From NCBI GenBank assembly GCA_018821685.1, contig JAHJLO010000041.1, forward strand, positions 1 through 27,427: a stretch of 27,427 nucleotides of DNA, read 5' to 3'. Positions within the stretch are counted from its first letter, which is position 1. The number at the start of each line of letters is the position of its first letter. Source of the DNA: Patescibacteria group bacterium (GTDB lineage Bacteria > Patescibacteriota > Minisyncoccia > Phycocordibacterales > UBA12079). The position numbers and the translations under genes are program-made. Shown piece after piece: positions 24,270 to 27,427 of the stretch. Under the pieces are notes generated by a model. It made no database searches and had not been told where the DNA came from. It worked only from the letters and a program-made list of their open reading frames with translations.

Positions 24270-24683
24270 CTATTTAGAATCCATAGCTTCGTTAGCCAGC
24301 TTATCAGCTTCTTTGTTTTCTTTTCTAGGAATATGTACAAATTTTATTTTTGGAAAATCAGTTTTTAAATTATTAACTTTTATAAACTGCTCTTTAAGGG
24401 AAGGCTCTTTTACTCGATACTCACCATTTATTTGTCGGACAATTAATTGACTATCCATTCTTATTTCAACTTCAGTTGTTTTCGTCTTTGCACCTAATAA
24501 TTCTTTTGCTTTTTCTAGACCAATAATCAAACCTTGATATTCCGCCCAATTGTTTGTTTTAATTCCTAAATATTTTTTAGCAGTCATTAACTCATTCCCC
24601 TCTCCATCTGTAATATAAACCCCCGCTCCAGCAATTCCTGGATTATTTCGAGAACCCCCGTCTGTATAAATAATTATTTTCAT
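24270..24683 (-). CDS. rnhA: Ribonuclease HI (archaeal/Ty-like type)
   Basis: YTDGGSRNNPG.AG, TNN.AEY, MDSQL, HIPR..NKEADKLANEAMD. Start reassigned to ATG 24683. Confidence 0.92.
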   Translation of the reverse strand: MKIIIYTDGGSRNNPGIAGAGVYITDGEGNELMTAKKYLGIKTNNWAEYQGLIIGLEKAKELLGAKTKTTEVEIRMDSQLIVRQINGEYRVKEPSLKEQFIKVNNLKTDFPKIKFVHIPRKENKEADKLANEAMDSK

Positions 24684-24719
24684 ATTATAAAAAGTATAGC
24701 ACACCCTAAATTACAAAAA

Positions 24720-24753
24720 AATCTCCTGCACCAAACGAATGGTACAGGAGATT
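24720..24753 (-). terminator. Intrinsic terminator
   Basis: AATCTCCTG-C-ACCA / TGGT-A-CAGGAGATT with a U-tract on the minus strand. Confidence 0.7.
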
Positions 24754-24772
24754 AGACCGAAATCGACTTCTT

Positions 24773-25021
24773 TTAGAGAACCAGAACTTCGGTTCCTTTA
24801 GTTTTGACGATAGCCCTCCTTTTGTTTTTCTCTTCCAAAATCAGCTGCCCAAGAAGAGATTTTTCTTCAGAAGACAGAGAGTTATCCTCTCTGAGAGTTT
24901 TTTCGGCAAATTCCTTCACTTCTTGATGACTTAGATCATAAAGGTTAAACTCCGACCCCTCAAACATCACAATACGCCACCCTTTTCTATGGAAAAAACC
25001 AAACAAATCTGTTTCAGACAT
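24773..25021 (-). CDS. Small hypothetical protein
   Basis: SD AAGGAGG before the ATG; own terminator. Confidence 0.55.
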   Translation of the reverse strand: MSETDLFGFFHRKGWRIVMFEGSEFNLYDLSHQEVKEFAEKTLREDNSLSSEEKSLLGQLILEEKNKRRAIVKTKGTEVLVL

Positions 25022-25110
25022 AACCCCCTCCTTTTTTTAGTCATTGAAAACAACGGAACAATTCTTTTTTCTGATTGTATTCAACCATAAAATACGAATT
25101 AAGGCAACCC

Positions 25111-25476
25111 CTACTCACCAATATATTCGAAACGAGAAACAATCCCGTCAGGAGTTTCCTTGGTCCCGAGAAAGTCACCGACCGATCTAGCCAATAAAGT
25201 ACCCTTTGGATATTCTTCTGAATCGTAAAGAGATTTATAAATAATCAAATCTTCCCTAGTTCCGCTGTAGTAAGAAGTACCAACAAAAAGATATTCACCT
25301 CCTTTAAAATGTCGGTATTTTCCAGGAGGTAGTGCAGAAATTTCATTCTCGAAATCATCATTGCTTCTCCAAACTTTTATTTCTTCAAGAGTTTCTGCGT
25401 GGAGAGCAACTCCAAAAAAAGAATACCCTGCATGTCGAAATTCTTCTTCTTTAATGGTTAATACTATTCTTTTCAT
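25111..25476 (-). CDS. DUF1653-domain protein with an N-terminal extension
   Basis: PGKYRHFKGG.Y..VG......E.L..YKSLY......R....F motif; SD AAGGAG. Confidence 0.75.
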   Translation of the reverse strand: MKRIVLTIKEEEFRHAGYSFFGVALHAETLEEIKVWRSNDDFENEISALPPGKYRHFKGGEYLFVGTSYYSGTREDLIIYKSLYDSEEYPKGTLLARSVGDFLGTKETPDGIVSRFEYIGE

Positions 25477-25627
25477 AACAGCTCCTTACGTTGATTTGAT
25501 TTGATTTGATTTACTTTTCCTAACTCAATTTAAACAGAAAGTGATGTTTTTAGCAAACGTTTTAAAATTCTCCTATATTGCCACGTCATTTTGATAACAT
25601 TTAAAAGTTCGTTAATTTTGGAATTAT

Positions 25628-27334
25628 TTAAACAAAGTCGACTATTCTTAAACGCAGTTCATTCACGTTCCTGAACGTAGACTTCTCTAGATTAACTAAT
25701 ATATTTATTTTGTCCCCTCTTTGAATTTTTGTTTCACCATCTTCTATATTCTCAGCAAAAAATTGAATGGAAGAAATATTTTGACCTTTAGTGTTTTTAA
25801 AATCTAAACCTAAATGGTTATTTTGTTTTCCAAAAACTTTCACATTAAAAACCTCAACACCTTCAATCATAAAAACTGGCTTTTCGTTTCCCATACCAAA
25901 AGGTGCTAGTTTTTCGATTAATTGATAGTTTCCCCAATTAATATCATCAAGGGTAATTTTTTTATCAACCATTAAACTATCACTTTTTTCTCCTTTTTCT
26001 ATATGTTGGTAGGCTTCGTTCAACTTCTCTTCTAAAAAATGTACCTGGTCATTTGAAACAGAAAAACCTCCCGCCATCTTATGCCCACCAATATTAGTGA
26101 AGATATCTTCACCGACTTTATTCATTAATTCAACCACATCGACGGAACCACAGGAACGACAGGAACCTTTAATATTCCCTTTACCATCCTGACCCCAAAC
26201 GAAACTCGTTTTTTGATGCTTTCCAACAAGAGAGCTTGCCACCAAACCCACAACCCCAACATTCCATTCAGGACTTCCAAGAACAATAACATCCCCTTCC
26301 TTCCTCTCTTTTAATTTTTTATTTGCCTGCCGAACCATTGTAGTAACCAAGGTTTTTCTTTTTGAATTTATTTTATCTAAATAATTGGCCAGCTCACCAG
26401 CAACAACTTCATCATCGGAGGATAACAATTCAAAAGCTTTGATGGGGTCATCAATTCTTGAAGCAACATTTATTCTAGGAGTTATCATAAAAGCTAAATC
26501 ATCTTCAGTAAGATTTCTTTGATCCATTCTTAGTTTTCTCAATAGATGAATTAAACCATAACGAGGAGATTTTCTTAAAACCTTCATCCCAAAATATGAA
26601 AAAGCTCTGTTCTCATTTTTCAGAGGAACCATATCGGAAATTGTTGCTAAACCAACCATATCCAAAAGCCATTTCTCCCAACCTTCTTTTATTTCGAAAT
26701 TTCCTCTTTGCAAAAGCGCTTGAACTAATTTAAAAATAACCCCTGCTCCAGCGATACCGTCATCGGGATAATTACAGTCTTCTTGTTTAGGATTTAAGAT
26801 AGAGAAAGCATTCGGAATTTTTTCACCGACGATATGATGGTCTGTAATAATGACATCAATTCCATTTTTTTGAGCTTCTTCTATTTCATAAAAATCTTTT
26901 GTTCCGCAATCGATGGTGATGATTAAATCAACCCCATCTTTTTTAAATTTTTTAATAGCATCAAAATTTAAACCATAGCCTTCGTTATGACGATGAGGAA
27001 TGTAATTTTCAAAATTTGGATAACCTATTTTTTTGAAAAAATCTTTAAATACCACAGCCCCCGGAATTCCATCGGCATCATAATCAGAGTAAATTAAAAT
27101 CTTCTCTCCTGATTCAATCGCTTTTAAAATTCTCTCGACAGACTTCTCCATATCTTTCATCAAAAAAGGGTCATGGATGTCACGAGAATAATCTGGATTT
27201 AAAAACCGTTCTGCCTCCTCCATGGTTTTAATGCCACGAGAAAAAAGAAGTTGTCCAAGCAACTCAGGATAAACTTTAAATTCTTGTTTTATTTTTTCAG
27301 ACAACTCCTGGTCTCTTAGAGTAAACTTTTGCAT
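25628..27334 (-). CDS. recJ: Single-stranded-DNA-specific exonuclease RecJ
   Basis: DYDADG, YIPHR..EGYG, TIDCG, TDHH (DHH motif), P.IN.ASR, GGH..AGG, APFG.GN..P. TGtTAAAAT lies 6 nt before the ATG. Confidence 0.96.
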   Translation of the reverse strand: MQKFTLRDQELSEKIKQEFKVYPELLGQLLFSRGIKTMEEAERFLNPDYSRDIHDPFLMKDMEKSVERILKAIESGEKILIYSDYDADGIPGAVVFKDFFKKIGYPNFENYIPHRHNEGYGLNFDAIKKFKKDGVDLIITIDCGTKDFYEIEEAQKNGIDVIITDHHIVGEKIPNAFSILNPKQEDCNYPDDGIAGAGVIFKLVQALLQRGNFEIKEGWEKWLLDMVGLATISDMVPLKNENRAFSYFGMKVLRKSPRYGLIHLLRKLRMDQRNLTEDDLAFMITPRINVASRIDDPIKAFELLSSDDEVVAGELANYLDKINSKRKTLVTTMVRQANKKLKERKEGDVIVLGSPEWNVGVVGLVASSLVGKHQKTSFVWGQDGKGNIKGSCRSCGSVDVVELMNKVGEDIFTNIGGHKMAGGFSVSNDQVHFLEEKLNEAYQHIEKGEKSDSLMVDKKITLDDINWGNYQLIEKLAPFGMGNEKPVFMIEGVEVFNVKVFGKQNNHLGLDFKNTKGQNISSIQFFAENIEDGETKIQRGDKINILVNLEKSTFRNVNELRLRIVDFV

Positions 27335-27371
27335 TAATGAATTTTAACATAAAATATCCTCTTAATTCATA

Positions 27372-27399
27372 TTGACGTAAAAAATTATTTTGCTATAAT
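27372..27399 (+). promoter_or_regulatory. Divergent sigma70 promoter for a gene beyond the window
   Basis: TTGACG (27372-27377), 16 nt, TATAAT (27394-27399) preceded by TGc. Confidence 0.6.
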
Positions 27400-27427
27400 T
27401 AATTGTAATACAAATTATTACATATAA

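Overview
AT-rich bacterial chromosome segment. It most likely comes from a Patescibacteria/CPR (Parcubacteria-like) genome; this is inferred from a tRNA-Ile(UAU), leaderless core genes, a PsbP-like 'DTSDW..Y.FKYP' secreted protein, a short large-serine recombinase and a membrane-anchored Clp ATPase. The left end (1-4253) is an accessory island on the minus strand: large serine recombinase, HTH-fused type I methyltransferase HsdM, and a PIN-domain gene running off the window. A 2.3-kb block (PsbP-like protein plus DNRLRE-M23 peptidase) is bracketed by a perfect 24-bp direct repeat. Core genes are recG, ftsH, smpB, ssrA, an HI0933-family flavoprotein, comEC, the Clp-like ATPase, rnhA and recJ, interleaved with small orphan genes that carry their own promoter, SD and terminator. 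The most striking signal is non-coding: a family of four ~190-240 bp structured elements, three in tandem after tRNA-Ile(UAU) and one after tmRNA. Each carries an inverted copy of the 3' end of its own host RNA, two covarying hairpin domains (P1, P2) with C-GNA-G apical loops, and a terminal direct copy of the host T-loop/T-stem. This looks like a retargetable tRNA/tmRNA-3'-end element system. Other notable items are an oversized (547-nt) tmRNA, a candidate leaderless-uORF/hairpin switch on ftsH, and paired operators around the HTH-hsdM promoter. All calls are by eye; no database search was run.
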